Assembly: GCF_037042905.1 (NCBI RefSeq)
Contig: NC_087245.1
Coordinates: forward strand, 32,366,001-32,430,000
Source of the DNA: Lytechinus pictus
Taxonomy: Eukaryota
DNA: 64,000 nucleotides
Direction of reading: 5' to 3'
In this document: positions 24,448 to 38,271 of the stretch, piece after piece
Numbering within the stretch: position 1 is the first letter of the stretch
How the letters are laid out: each line of letters begins with the position of its first letter
Position numbers and translations under genes: made by a program
Notes under the pieces: generated by a model
The model's database searches: none
What the model was told of the DNA's origin: nothing
The model's input: only the letters and a program-made list of their open reading frames with translations

Positions 24448-27400
24448 TAGTATCCCTAAATTAGACCCCAAAATAGCCAATCTAGAATAAAATTATTGGA
24501 AATGGATTTTCAACTGATTTGAGTAGGTATGGGTGTCAACTTTTACCAAAAAAAAGTTAGGAGGAATACGGGTTGGGGAAAGTGGTTTTTTCAAGGTCAA
24601 AGATCGATGACCTTTTCATACATGTTTATATAATGGTATCTCCGAGATGGAAAGGCGCAGGTTAGTGATCTTGGTGTCAAAATGCACAGATTCTTACCAG
24701 AATATCAAATAATATAAAATTAAGTACCTATAATCCACATTCACCGATGAAATTCAAAGTCAAAGCCTTTCAAAGGTCAATGACTTTTGTTTGCATTATA
24801 TACCATACTGTATAATGGTATCTCTGAGATGATAAGGTACAGGCTGATGATCATGGTGTCAAAATGTACAGATTCTTACAAGGAGATCAAATGAAATAAA
24901 ATTAAGTACCTAGAATGCACATTCACCCATGAAATTCAAGGTCAAAGGTCAATGACCTTTTTATACATTATATACCATATTATATAATGGTATCTCTAAG
25001 ATAAAATGGCGCATGGTTGGTGTTCTTGTTGTCAAAATACACAGACTCTTAAAGGAAGATTAAATGAAATAAAATTTAGCATCGAGAATTCACATTCACC
25101 CATAAAATTCAAGGACAAAGGTCGATGTCCTTTTTAACATAAGATAATAATAATGGTATCTCTGAGATAAAACATCACAGGTTGGTGATCTTGGTGCCAA
25201 AATGCAAAGATTTGTACAAGAAGATTAAACAACATCAAAATAAGTAACTTTCACCCTTGAAATCCAAGATCAGAGGAAATATATATATATATAAAATCTG
25301 TATGACATAAAAATAACCAAAAATTTATCCTGCTTTGTGTTCATATTTTATTTGTGAATAATGTAAATAAAGATGGCTAATTTGTAATGAAAACATGGAG
25401 GTTTCATAATTTCAGTTAGTCATGGAGAATGTATTTAGGGGTCAGAGGTCAATGAACTCTTTCCAAAATATCAGTGAAAATTTAGTAAAAACAAGTTGAT
25501 AACCAAATAACACTTCTTCATATACTGCCATGCGTAGCCAAAAGTAATGAAAAAAATGAATAAAATCAAGTATATAATTTGAAATGATTTTTATCTTAAG
25601 TAGCAGCATTTAATGCATCATATCTAAATCAAGGTTTTCGTGTCTTTTTCTCTCCAGCGATAGGCCGCTCACCTCAATTCTAAAATAAATACTATAAACT
25701 ATTAGCTTAATCTTCTGAAAATGGATAGGATAGGTCTTACTCTCATGTCACAGCTAGCATCATCTGAGAGTACGGTATTTCAAAACAGCAGAGGGATGAT
25801 GATGAAGATGAAATGAAGGCCGTCATTAGAGCTGCAGCTTCTGTCATAGTAAATGGCATGTATCTCAACTTCACCAAAGATGAATTCCCGTATTATTTAT
25901 AATTACCTCTCATTGCGAGCTGCCAGAATCTCTTAAAATGCTAATGCTGCAGGACAAAACTCCATATCTGCTCTCTGTCGTACCTCACCCATGATGCTAT
26001 TTCTACTAGGTATCAGTTTGTACAAGGATCATGTATTTGGTCTAGAACAACTGATTGTTATCATGCTCAAATTAGGCATATAATAATGAAATTCAAAAGG
26101 AGGTAATAGCTTACAAGTACATATCCATCGACCTAACAAAACTCCTACAGCAACACTTCCAGTTCTTGAGAATCAAGCTGTGCAACATATCAGTAATAAT
26201 ATAGATCCTGGTCTGATATCCCTTGACAGAATGTTAGGCTTTCATTGAATGGGCCAGATCAAAGTCTTGAAAATGTCAGAAGGTTTTCAAGAGTTTAATT
26301 ACTCTTTGCTGAAGTTGAGACACATAACTTCATTTACTATGACAAAAGCTGCAGCTCTAATGATCGCCTTATTTTAATTCTTCATCATTGTCCGTGGCTA
26401 TATGGAAATGTTCTCAGATGATGCTTGCCATAAGAGTTAGGCCTAGCTATCCTTCCATTTACAGATTAAGTAATAGTTTATAGTATTGTAGCATTCGAGG
26501 TTTATAGTGACCTATTACTACAGAGAAATTAGTACCTTGATTTAGATTTATAAAATACATATCTAAATGCTGCTACTTTAGACAAGTTCACCATTTCAAA
26601 ATATATCATACAGGATTTTTTTTACACTTTTGGCAAAGCATTACTACAATGTATATTAAAAAGTGCTATTTGATCTCAATTTCACCTCGAACTTGTATTT
26701 TGATATCATCATTGGTCAAGGATTCAACTACTAAATTTGTGATCATTTTCCACGCAGGTCAGTCTTTTTCCCATCAGAATCACTATACATACATGCCAAA
26801 ATAAAGTTATCGACCTATTTACTTAAATTCCCTGATGTTATTGACATAGTTGATTGACCTCTAACCCTGAAATATATTCTTCATGGCCATTAATTACTTA
26901 TCCTTTTTTTCAGAGTGAAATTATTTAACATCCAAGTTTTCATTACAAATAGCTATCTTTCTTTCTATTATTCACAAATAAAATGTGAATATAATGGATT
27001 AATTTCTTTTTGGGGGAATCATGCATGGATATATAAATATTCATTAACTTTTAACCTTTTACTTTGGATATCAAAGGTGAAGGATTATTCTTTTTGATTG
27101 TTTCGTGCCTTTTTATCTTCTTGCAAAAATTGCTTTTTGACACCAAAATCACCAACATGCAGCGTTTTATCTCAGAGATACCATTAGACAATATATAGCC
27201 TATGTAAGAGGTCATTGACCTTTGACCTTGAAGTTTATGGATTAATATACATTCTAGGTGATTAACTTCATCTTATTTGACCTTCCTGTAAGAATCTGTG
27301 CATTTTGACACAACGATCACCAACCTGTGCCGTTTCATCTCAGAGATACTATTATACAGTATGATACATGTTAAAAAAAGGTAATTGATATACCTTGAAT

Positions 27401-28241
27401 GTTATTGTTTAATGTGCATTCTGGGTACTTAATTTTATTTTATTTTATCTTCCTGCAAGAACCTCTGCATTTTGACACCAAAATCACCAACCTGCGTCTT
27501 TTCGTCTCAGCGATACCATTATACCGTATATGTATAATGTAAAAAAGGTCATTGACCTTTGAAAGGCTTTGACCTTGAATTTCATTGGTAAACGAGCATT
27601 GTAGGTACTTGATTTTATTTTATTTGATCTTCTTGTAAGAATATGTGCATTTTGACACCATGATCACCAACCTGTACCTGATCATCTCAGAGATACCATT
27701 ATACAGTATATGGTATATAATGTAAAAAACGTCATTGACCTTTGAAAGGCTTTGACCTTGAATGTTATTGTTTAATGTGCATTCTGGGTACTCAATTTTA
27801 TTTTATTTGATCTTCCTGTAAGGACCTCTGCATTTTGACATCAAGATCACCAACCTGCGCCTTTTCATCTCAGAGATACCATTATACCGCAAATGGTATA
27901 TAATGTAAAAAAGGTCATTGACCTCTGAAAGGTTTTGACCTTGAATTTCATGGGTGAATGAGCATTGTAGGTACTTGATTTTATTTTATTTGATCTTCTT
28001 GTAAGAATCTGTGCATTTTGACACCATGATCACCAACCTGTAATATTTCATCTGGGAGATACCATGATACAGTATATTTAAAAAGGTCATTGACCTTTGA
28101 CCCTGAAAAAAAAAGCACTTTCCCCAACCCGTATTCCTCCTAACTTTTTTTGGTAAATGTTGACACCCATACCTACTCAAATCAGTCAAAAAACCATTTC
28201 CAATAATTTTATTCCAGATGGTTACTAATTACAGGATACTA
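24448..28241. mobile_element. 3.8-kb foldback element (Academ-like termini) in the last intron of the adhesion GPCR
   Basis: TAGTATCC..GGATACTA ends with TATA on both flanks; inverted arms about 24448-25890 and 26295-28241 containing tandem units of about 180 bp. Confidence 0.75.
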
Positions 28242-28590
28242 TATACACAACTGAACAATGTTAGCTCAGGTTCTTATTCATGCATATGGATACATCATTC
28301 CGCCCAAGAAAGGGTCACCGGTCATGCATAAATTCATTTGTAAGTTATAGACAGCTTTATGGTATACCTATCAGGTCAAAAACATCTTCAGGATTTGGGA
28401 ACATATAGCATTAGAGATTTGAGGAGTACTGTCATATTGCGCATGGTCAAATTCTTATCCAGGATACATATAAAATTCTGGATTCTTCTCATAAAGATAT
28501 ACCAAGATAAAGGATGAAATATAATCTTGAAATAACAAATCAAATATAACAATTTTTTTTTTTTTTGGGGGGGGCGACCTGATTGTATAC

Positions 28591-28895
28591 CTTGTAATGA
28601 GTTTGCGACACAGAAGATAAGCTGGAAAACATACGTAGCATCCTCTATTGCCAAGAATCCGAACACCCAGGTTAGCCCGAGTAGCACCGATATTGAGAAA
28701 GCGTTCAGCAGTCTGGTGCGGAGTTGACGATAACGGGCCGTTTTATCCTCTTTCTCCAGCGGAACGTTGCCACCGAGGTTAGCGGTCCATAGCCGTCGAA
28801 TGACGACAAAGAACATGATGAAGTTGAAAGATATGGTGAGCCCAACAGGAAGGAGGAGCCCTAGGTAGAAACTCAGTCCAGGGGTCAGGAAACAA
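28591..28895 (-). CDS. Adhesion GPCR exon L: TM5 to TM7 (LLLPVGL..LLGLTWVFGFL..NSLQG)
   Basis: 305 bp, phase 2 to 1; LLGLTWxFG and NSLQG motifs. Confidence 0.95.
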
Positions 28896-28939
28896 CTGTG
28901 AAATATAATCAGATAATATAAAATAACTTATAATAAAAT

Positions 28940-29231
28940 AATAATATAGGTTTATTTACCCAGGGAATTAAGCCACTTCAGTCCTGAAAACTGTTCTCCT
29001 AGCAAGCCCTGCCATTATCATTATTACCCTGGCTTTAGCTGGTCTGCCTAGGTGCTCAAGCATTCAAGGAATTTCTTCCTACCGGCCGGGTACCCATTCA
29101 CCTCACCTGGGTTGAGTGCAGCACAATGTGGATAAATTTCTTGCTGAAGGAAATTACGCCATGGCTAGGATTTGAACCCACGACCCTCTGTTTCAAAGTC
29201 AAAAGACTATTCCACTGGGCCACAGCACTCC
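28940..29231 (-). mobile_element. tRNA-derived SINE with Meta/CORE-like central domain
   Basis: A box TGGCCCAGTGG, B box GGTTCAAATCC; core ccttcagcaagaaatt..cacccaggtg-like..aatgggtacc; AT-rich tail. Confidence 0.8.
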
Positions 29232-30303
29232 ACATGTACAGGGGTACAGAAACAACCATGAAATATAATCATACAATACATAAATAACTTGTAAGAATGA
29301 TAATACATCTAAGTAGAACGACACTTTTTGCCTGCATGATGCGATTCATTATAGCAGCAGTGCTTACTTCGAAAGCACCATAGATAGAAGAATTTAAAAA
29401 TATAAAACACCATTCACTTGATAATAAAATACCAAGTTCATTGACCTCATGACTTTAACCATGATCATGTGACCTGAAACTCATGCAAACTGATCAGTCA
29501 CACTTGATTACTATTATGTCCAAATTTCATGAAATAAATCCAATAATTTTCAAAGTTATGATGATATTTCAGACTTTAAGGTTAATAAATCAAGATAACA
29601 TTGATGACAATGCTACTGCTGCAGCCACTGCCATAAAAAAGCGGTGCCTATATGTCTCCCTTTTCCATGCAAGAAAGCCACTTTTTAAAAATCACAAGCC
29701 GCAAATTATTAATTTTGATCTATTTTATCAGAACAAACTCCAGATTATGCTTGTAAAAGGTGCTTTCTAACACTGATATGAAACTACTTTTGTGCTAAAT
29801 CTCTAAGTTGAAAGAAAACAACCTAAAATTTGTTAATTTTTTTTACACATCTCCATCATAAAAAATTATTGAATTTCAGGAAGAGTAACTAAAAAAATAT
29901 TCATGATTTCAATGTTCAATATACATGAACAAAAGAACAAACAACCCTGCCATTTCCAATTTGTTTATATATCTCAAAATTATTCCATTAAAAAGTTACA
30001 GCATGGTAAGAGATGGAAATAAAAAATATGAGATGGAAATCGAAAAGGTATATCAAAAGCAAAAACAAAATGATGTGTAGTAATTCCATTACAAAAGCCC
30101 CCAAAATCCATGATGCAACTTTTTTGAGAGGGAAATGGATTTCACTCGTGTCTTTTCTGAGAATCCTTCACAAACTAATCAATATTCACTCCAAAATATG
30201 TGATCTATGACTCCCCTTCCAAGAAAGGTGAAATGTGAATAAGTGCATTTAGCTTTTGCCCTTTTTAAGTAGATGAATATGAAAAGTAGACTTGTGTACT
30301 TAC

Positions 30304-30370
30304 TATGATTTATGAAGATAGTCTTCCATTCGAAGACCAAGGGTAACCCCTACTGCAACCAATGGACCAC
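30304..30370 (-). CDS. Adhesion GPCR exon K: TM4 and ECL2 (GPLVAVGVTLGLRMEDYLHKS)
   Basis: 67 bp, phase 1 to 2; completes the WGxP motif; acceptor ttatag, donor gtaagt. Confidence 0.9.
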
Positions 30371-30573
30371 CTATAAAAAATATATTAGAAAATGAATATA
30401 TATGTACTATTCCTGATAACACATATTTATTTGCACAAATTGTACAAGACTATACAGTCCAAGCTTGAAGAAACAACATGAACTGAAGAAATACTATAGT
30501 AAAATTGAAATTTGATTCCATTATTTGTCATCATTCAACCATATATATATTTGTCTACATTTTAAATACTAAC

Positions 30574-30839
30574 CCCAAGCTATCACACAAGCCTTGGTTA
30601 GAAAACACGGGCCTTCTTCGTCGAATACACGTACGATCATCACGTACATGTTGAGTGCCTCCGCGCCCATCCACAACACGGTTGCGAGCATGAAGTAGTG
30701 GAGAAGCGCCCCCACGGTCACGCATGCAATGTCAATGTGTGCTGCGAAGTCGATACCAAAGAGGAACACAAGGTAGAGACAGAGCATGGACACACAGAAA
30801 TGGAGAAGGATTCGACGGGGTCGGCTATTTCGTAGACGT
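30574..30839 (-). CDS. Adhesion GPCR exon J: TM2 to TM4 start (ILLHFC..CVTVGALLHYFMLATVLWMGAEALNMY..IAWG)
   Basis: 266 bp, phase 2 to 1; LHYFxLxxxxWMxxE motif of 7tm_2. Confidence 0.95.
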
Positions 30840-31583
30840 CTACCAAGGGGAAAAAATCAACAGTACATCAATAATGATTAAATACTCAATGAAAATGACT
30901 GTATATAACAAAACTTCATTGGATCAAGTTTTGTATTGAATTACGCTTCATTTGACCAGATATTTGAATAAAAGGAAGATTGAAAATATATCACCTTCAA
31001 ATTTAATGACGTCTTAGCACTCAAGAAAGAGAATTCAGGCATCTATCATTCAAGGATGTTGAAGGGGAATCCCAATGTAAAGAGAAGCATTTAATTCATA
31101 TGGGTGCCTACCACATTTCACCACTAGCATAGATGGGGGGGGGGGGTCACAAAAGTTCGCCTCTCCTGAAGAAGATTTCAGGTATGTCACAGGTTCCCCC
31201 AAGATTTTGTGTGTACTTTTTCCATGCAAATGTAAAAAAACTTGCCTAATTATTCTACCTGATGATGGGATTAAAAAATGACAATCTTATTTTAGGCATT
31301 AGTTTTGAACCCACCCCTGCAATGTGTAGGTCATTTTCCTAATTCCCTATAAGTACTGAAAAACATGAAAGATTTGTTCTATAAAGTGGCGATTTTCGAG
31401 GAATGGCTTTAAAATAACTTTTCGTTGAAAGAAATACAAATTTTTTCATTTCCATTTTTATAATACACAATAATGTTTCATTAATATTTCTATGTATGAA
31501 ATTTTCATTGTTGATAGAAATTACTTTTTGGTAACTTTACAATACTTTCCATATTGATTACAAAAATAAAATAAAAAACTTAC

Positions 31584-31711
31584 TTGAAAACTAGGAAAAC
31601 AATGATAGTCAGTACAAGTGATGCGATTGATACTGCACACCCGATCTTACTGAGGAGATCTAGAGCAAAGTAAAACTGATCCTTTTTAACTTCATGCTGG
31701 CCAGATATATC
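31584..31711 (-). CDS. Adhesion GPCR exon I: TM1 (ALDLLSKIGCAVSIASLVLTIIVF)
   Basis: 128 bp, phase 0 to 2; class B2 TM1 motif IGCxxS. Confidence 0.93.
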
Positions 31712-32579
31712 CTAAAATAAGACAAAATATTTGAAAATATTTAATCATCTTAAAGAGAAAAGTAGTAATCATCTTAAAGAGAAAAGTATGTTTTGTTTAA
31801 GTTTATCTCCAAATTCTTCTCAATGAATTGCATTCACGCATTTCTCTTTCTCTTGTGATGTGATGCAATAGATAAATTGCATGTCTAAGCCATATTCTGG
31901 AAAAAATTAGAGTAACAGCACATGCTTTAAATCATTCAGAAGACATTACGGTTGCTTTTAACTAGACTTGCATTTTGAACAATGTTCATGCATGTTTAAG
32001 ATGGCATGTAAATTGGGAAAAATTGAAGGTCCTAAACTCTGGTGCCAAATTGAAAAATAAACAAAATATCACATGTAAATATAAACCATGATTAACACAA
32101 GAACAAGAAAATATGATTTTTGCGAGGTGAGTTGCCATAATCTACAACATGATGATGTAATTTTAAACAATACAAGACAAACATCTCATCTTATATTAGC
32201 ATAAAACCTAAAAAATTGCTAAAAACAATGTTCCAATGTTGAACTGGCCTAATTGTAATTGTTCTCCACTTTCTTTCATTTACTCTAAACATTTACCTCA
32301 GAAATGTGCTAACTCGTCCATCCCAATTACATACCTTCAAATTAAGGATTATTTCTTTGATTTTCTATGAACTTGGTTGGCTGCACATTTGCAATCATAA
32401 AAAATTGTGCAATTAATTGAATTATTTCTGTTATGTAACACAATAAATCATTGTGAATTTTGACTGACTGGAATAAATATATCATTGAACTGTTTTTGGT
32501 CTCACATATGTTATAAGATAAAATATTATTTGAGAACCACATGCGGGTCAAGTTGAAGAGTAATTTCAGCCATATTTAC

Positions 32580-32747
32580 CACCAAAACGGCAAAGTTGGT
32601 TAAATGATTACACGAACAGGTAATAAAATCTCCTCTGACGTCAGTAAGATTGCATCCTGCGTCTGACCAATCACCAACACCGTTTCTTAAATCAAAATCC
32701 CAGTAGACGCATCGTGATTGGTTCAAAGTACTGTTTCCTCCAACTGA
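32580..32747 (-). CDS. Adhesion GPCR exon H: GPS motif (CVYWDF..GDWSDAGC..CSCNHL|TNFAVLV)
   Basis: 168 bp, phase 0 to 0; canonical GPS with HL|T autoproteolysis site and Stachel sequence TNFAVLV. Confidence 0.96.
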
Positions 32748-33817
32748 CTAAAAAAGCATCAATGAATATCATTCAAAACAATTGAAATAAAACAGTTTTA
32801 AATTCTATAGCATTAGCTCAGTATTCAATGCAACATTATCATCAAGAAGATCCGCCAAATTAGTTATTTTGCCTAGCCGTCAAAATAAGTGACTATTCAG
32901 TAGTTTTATATTTCCATTGTAGAAAGCCATTTCTGTTTGGTCTAAATTCAAAGGAACAATTGGTACTTATAACTGATCAATGAAACAAACTATTATCAAT
33001 ATTAGCCATCGTGAGCAGGATTCCAACCTGTGCCTTTGTGACAGTGCAGCGTAAAGTTTTAATCTGTGCCTGAGACCACTTGACCATGAGCAATAGATAG
33101 CAGAATGTTGTTGTTGGACATTAGGCGTTCATTCACAGTGAGAACATTTCTGCCAGGAATTATTATGGCAGCGGTGGGATATCCATGCCATCGAAATGAT
33201 GCCTTAGACTACTTACTTTGGCACGTAACCTTCACACAAGTGTTCTAGCGATGAAGTCAGTTGCCATGGTGTCAGGTGGCCTGGCTCTAAACAATTAATG
33301 AACCCACTGAATGAAAGCATGTGTTTCTCATAGGAGAAAACGACTGCTATCGGAATTTGGTCGCTTGCAACCAATTTTTTCAAATGAGCCAAAATCATGC
33401 AAATGTATACAGACGATCGTCAGCTTCGACTCTGTTTAGAACCAGCCCGCCACGACACCATGGCAACTGATGTCACACTTCGGTACTCTATGGAAACTAT
33501 ACCTTCCCATCGCTCTATGTTTTTCAATATCCTCCGTAGGATTCTTGCCACTGATCGCTATATTAAAAGTGGTAGGCCTATATATTTGCTAATAAAAGCT
33601 AAAATATTTTTTAAGTTAACCCGACATCATCAATGAAATTGCTCATAATTCTTCTCAGTACTTTAGTGAGCGGAATATGATAAACAAATATTTTAACTTG
33701 GACAATTCCTTTAGGGATATTATAATACTTCCTGTGAAGAACATAAGTTTATGTAGGCAGTATGAAAAGACATGGTTCTTTGATATTAGTTGAAAATGAA
33801 AATATCAATTAACTTAC

Positions 33818-33972
33818 ATTACGTGCATTGAAGGTGATAACCACTGGTTCGGTAAGGCCCTGTACATCCATATTTTCAATTGCTGCTGATATTACGCTGC
33901 CACTTGTCTGCGATCCATTGGCCGATCTAAAGAGTGAGTCTCCGTTGAAAGTTATGAACCGAACCTTGGTCC
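33818..33972 (-). CDS. Adhesion GPCR exon G: GAIN subdomain B (VRFITF..SVISAAI..GLTEPVVITF)
   Basis: 155 bp, phase 1 to 0; SxVISA and LxEPVxITF GAIN motifs. Confidence 0.92.
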
Positions 33973-34330
33973 CTATTATCCAACGAACGATGCAATAACG
34001 AAAACAAAAATTAGCAATATGTAGTGAATGATTATTGACTGGTTTGGCTTCACCTTGAACATGGTGAATCATAATTATTGTCACTTTCTACTATCCTATC
34101 AAGAATCTTGATCATCAAATCTACCATTTTTGCAATATTTCATATTGCATTATCAAATGAGAAAATAAGTAAAGAATCATCTACTTTCTCATGCATATCA
34201 CACATATTATGCCTGTAACCGTTTCGTGAAATTAAGTGAAAAAAAAAAAATAAAATAACATCTGTTTTTGTTAGAGTTTTCAGTGAAATGTTTTTTTAAA
34301 TTTTGTTGTTATTTCAAATCTATTACACAC

Positions 34331-34655
34331 CTGTGCTCTGAATACCTTCAACACTTGGCCCCGCTTGCCTGAAGATGGAAGAAGGTAGCTGAATAGAAGC
34401 CATTGAATCCGCTTCGCCACCACCGCCAAACTCGATCCCATTCCCCATGGCAGCATTATCAAATGTTGCCGCCTGGACGATCATATTCTCTGCTGTCAAC
34501 ATGAACTCATCACGATCTTGCAGGGTTAGAGACACTTGTTTTTCGACCGAAGTCACTACGCTGGAGGACGATGCGGCCAGCTCTGGACTACTGGACTCAG
34601 AGTCTTCGAGAGAGCCAATCAGGCTACCCACTGCATTGACCACGCTTGTGGTTAC
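34331..34655 (-). CDS. Adhesion GPCR exon F: GAIN region (..ASIQLPSSIF..)
   Basis: 325 bp, phase 0 to 1; SIxLP GAIN motif; an alternative phase-1 donor exists 15 nt earlier. Confidence 0.87.
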
Positions 34656-34852
34656 CTGTAAGAATTAGATGATATGTGACATTACAAATTCTCCATAAAA
34701 AACAAGAAAACTTTTTTAATTGGTTGAAAGAGTAGCAAAGGTCAAAATGTATAGACGGTAAGAGGGGAGGTGCACAAATTTGGATCTCAGATATCTCGGA
34801 AACCATACACATCCCCAACAGTTTCAGGAATACTTACTAGTATCCTACTATA

Positions 34853-35677
34853 CAGTGCGTCCCAGAAAAAACGAAACCGATATTTAGCGATGATTTATCA
34901 TAACTTAATCACAAATAGAATAGACAAATGACCTACCAATGTAAAGCTTAGAATCTCCTCTTTCATCTGATATTACTTAGATTATTCCTCATTCACGCAT
35001 GAGTGAGCAAAAACAATTTGAAGAAAGGATACCAAAAACTCATTTGGCGGGGGGGGGGGGGGGGAGGGGTATCTGAATTTTAAAAAGATAATCACATGCC
35101 TAAAAAGTTCAATATCTGCTCTTTAATTTGATACCTTAATCACAAAAAAATGGTCAAGAAGTAAAAAAGTTACGTTCTGTCGAAACAATGCTTGTATTTC
35201 CATAATTTCATGAAATAAACGTGTTTTCACCGGTTTCCCACAGAAGCTATCGCATGGTTAACAAAAGACTTCATGCATGGCTGATCGTCAACAAAACGGA
35301 GTGTCGAGTGAGTTTGAACGCTAGCCTGTAAAACCTCTTCATTTTATGAAATTATTGAAATTCAAGCCTTATTTCAAATAACCAGAACTATCTTATTTCT
35401 TGACCATTTTCTGTAATTGAGGTATCAAATTAAAAAGCAGATATTGAACTTTTTAAAAATGTGGTTTTCTTTTTGAAACCCAGATACAGCCCGCCAAATG
35501 ACTTTTTGGTATCCCCTCTTCAAATTGTTTTTGCTCACTCATGCGTGAATGAGAAATAATCTAAGTAATTTCAGATGAAAGAGGAGATTCTAAGCTTTAC
35601 AATGGTAGGTCATTTGTCTATTGTATTTGTGATTAATCATCGATAAATCTCGGTTTTGTTTTTTGTGGGACGCACTG
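34853..35677. mobile_element. Tc1/mariner-type MITE with long TIRs
   Basis: TA|CAGTGCGTCCCA..TGGGACGCACTG|TA; inverted arms of about 350 bp. Confidence 0.9.
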
Positions 35678-36009
35678 TATTAGAGATAAAACAAGAATAC
35701 AAGTTTGTGATTTTATATATGTACAGGTGTTTGTGTATGAGGGTGCACAAGGTTGTTTGTAGGGAGCTAAGATGGGTGGTGGAAGGGATTGGGTTATACC
35801 CTTTGTTGTTCTTTCCTGCTCAAAGGAACAGTGTCATACAGTGTGTTCACAGTTACTGTGGACTACGTGAAGATGTGATTCACACTATAAAAGGCGCTAT
35901 TGTGAGAAAGTGATTGTGTTCCTAATTGTTTGATACTGTGTACACAGTGTGTGACACTGTGTTCTTTCCAGCAGGGTGTACATACTCCATCCTCACCCTA
36001 TGTATCAAT

Positions 36010-38085
36010 GTGGACACCTCAACAGTACGAGTGTTCACAGTGTGTTCATATTGTGGACTTTGTTAATAATGTAATTCACACCGTTAAAAAGATCAAATCA
36101 AACAGTGTGAAGACAATCCACACTATGGCCACCTCACAAGTGTGAGTGTTCAGAGTGTGTTCACATTGTGGATTTAAATAAAAGTGAAATTCACACTATT
36201 AAAATGCTCAAATCTAACAGTTTGAAGACTATTCCGCACAACTTGTGTCCACCACAGCAATGTGAGTGTTCACAGTGTGTTATTATACACAGTGGACTTG
36301 GTGAAAATGTTATTCACACTGTTAAAATGCTCAAATCTAACAGTGTGAAAACTATTCCACACTGCATGTGTCCACCACAGCAGTATGAGTGTTCACAAGT
36401 GTTATTTTACACAGTGGAATAGTGATTCATACTGTTAAAATGCTCAAATCTAACAGCATGAAGACTATTCCACACTGTGGCCACCTCAGCAGTGTGTTCA
36501 CATTGTGAACTAATGTAAAACTGTGATTCACACTGTTAAAATGCTCAAATCTAACAGTGTGAAGACTATTCCACACTGCATGTGTCCACCAGAGCAGTGT
36601 GAGTGTTCAGTGTGTTATTTTACACAGTGAACTGGGTGAAAATGTGGTTAATACTGTTAAAATGATCAGACATAACAGTGTGAAGACAGTTCCACACTGC
36701 ATGTGTCAACCACAGCAGTGTGAGTGTTCACAGTGTGTTATCTTACGCAGTGGACTAGTTAAAAAGTGATTCACACTGCTAAAATGCTCAAATCGAACAT
36801 TGTGAAGATTATTCCACACTGCATGTGTCTGCCACAGCAGTATGACTGTTCACAGTGTGTTATTTTACACAGTGGACTACGTGAAAATGTGATTCACACT
36901 TAAAATGCTGAGATCTAACAGTGTGAAGACAATTCCACAGTGTGGCCACCTCAAAGGTGTGAGTGCTCACAGTGTGTTCACAGAGTGGACTCTGTCATAA
37001 GGTAAGTCACACTGTTAAAAAGGATCAAATCAAAGAGTGTGAAGATATTCCGTACACTGTGGCCACCTGCATGAGCAGTGTGAGCATTCACAGTGAGGAC
37101 TATATGAAAATGAGAATCACGCTGTTAAAATGCTCAAATCTAACAGTGTGAAGACTATTCCACACTGCATGTGTCACCACAGCAGTGTGAGTGTTCACAG
37201 TGTGTTATCTTACAGTGGATTAGGTGGAAATGTGATTCACACTGTTAAAATGCTCAAATCTAACAGTGTAAAGACTATTCCACACTGCATGTGTCACCAC
37301 AGCTGTGTGAGTGTTCACAGTGTGTTATTTTACACAAAAGGATAAAATAAAACAGTGTGAAGATATTCCGCACTGTGGCCACCTGCATGATCAGTGTGAG
37401 CATTCACAGTATGGGCTATATGAAAATGTGAATCATGTACACTATTAAAATGCTGAAATCTAAGTGTTAAGATAATTTCATAAAGTGGATACCTCAACAC
37501 TATAAGTGTTCACACTGTGTTCACATTATGGACTATGTTGGAAATGTAGCTAACACTACACTAAAATCTAACAGTGTGTAGACAGTTCCACACTGTGAGC
37601 ACCTTAGCAGTGTGAAAGCTCACAGTGTGTTCATATTCTGGACTTTGTTAATAACATAAATTCACACTGTTAAAAAAGATCAAATCATACAGTGTGAAGA
37701 CAATCCACACTATGGCCACCTCACAAGTGTGAGTGTTCAGTGTGTTCACATTGTGGACTAAAATAAAAATGAAATTCACACTCTTAAAATGCTCAAATCT
37801 AACAGTGTGATGACAATCCACACTATGGCCACCCCAGCAATGTGAGTGTTCAGAGTGTTCACACAGTGGACGATGTGAACATGTGATCCGCACTGTTAAA
37901 ATGATCAAATCAAACAGTGTAAAGACAATTTCACACTGTGGAAGAGTGTGAGTGCCCACATTGTGGACTTTGTTAAAAATGTAATTTACACTGTTTTTTG
38001 TTTGTTTATTTTATTTTTGTACATTTATTTTACATTTAACAGTGAAAAGGTAATTTCACATTGTGTGTTCACACTGTGTGACACT
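36010..38085. repeat. Intronic satellite-like array, units of about 100-125 bp rich in CACACTGT/ACAGTGTG
   Basis: aaaatgctcaaatctaacagtgtg recurs at about 36201, 36324, 36437, 36538, 36659, 36781, 36902 and onward. Confidence 0.9.
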
Positions 38086-38124
38086 AGACAAACATTTACA
38101 CCACCCAGTCTATCCATACCTTAC

Positions 38125-38271
38125 CTGAGGTGATGGAGAAGCCACAGCGACGATGTTCTCCAGCGTCTTGGAAATAGCACCAACCATTTCGTCATCAGCA
38201 GTGCTGATGTTACCGATGACTTCCTCCAAGACGGCACTGACCAATGCTACGTTAGCCTCATCGACTACGAT
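38125..38271 (-). CDS. Adhesion GPCR exon E: helical GAIN subdomain A region (IVVDEANVALVSAVLEEV...)
   Basis: 147 bp, phase 0 to 0, open; donor gtaagg. Confidence 0.85.
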
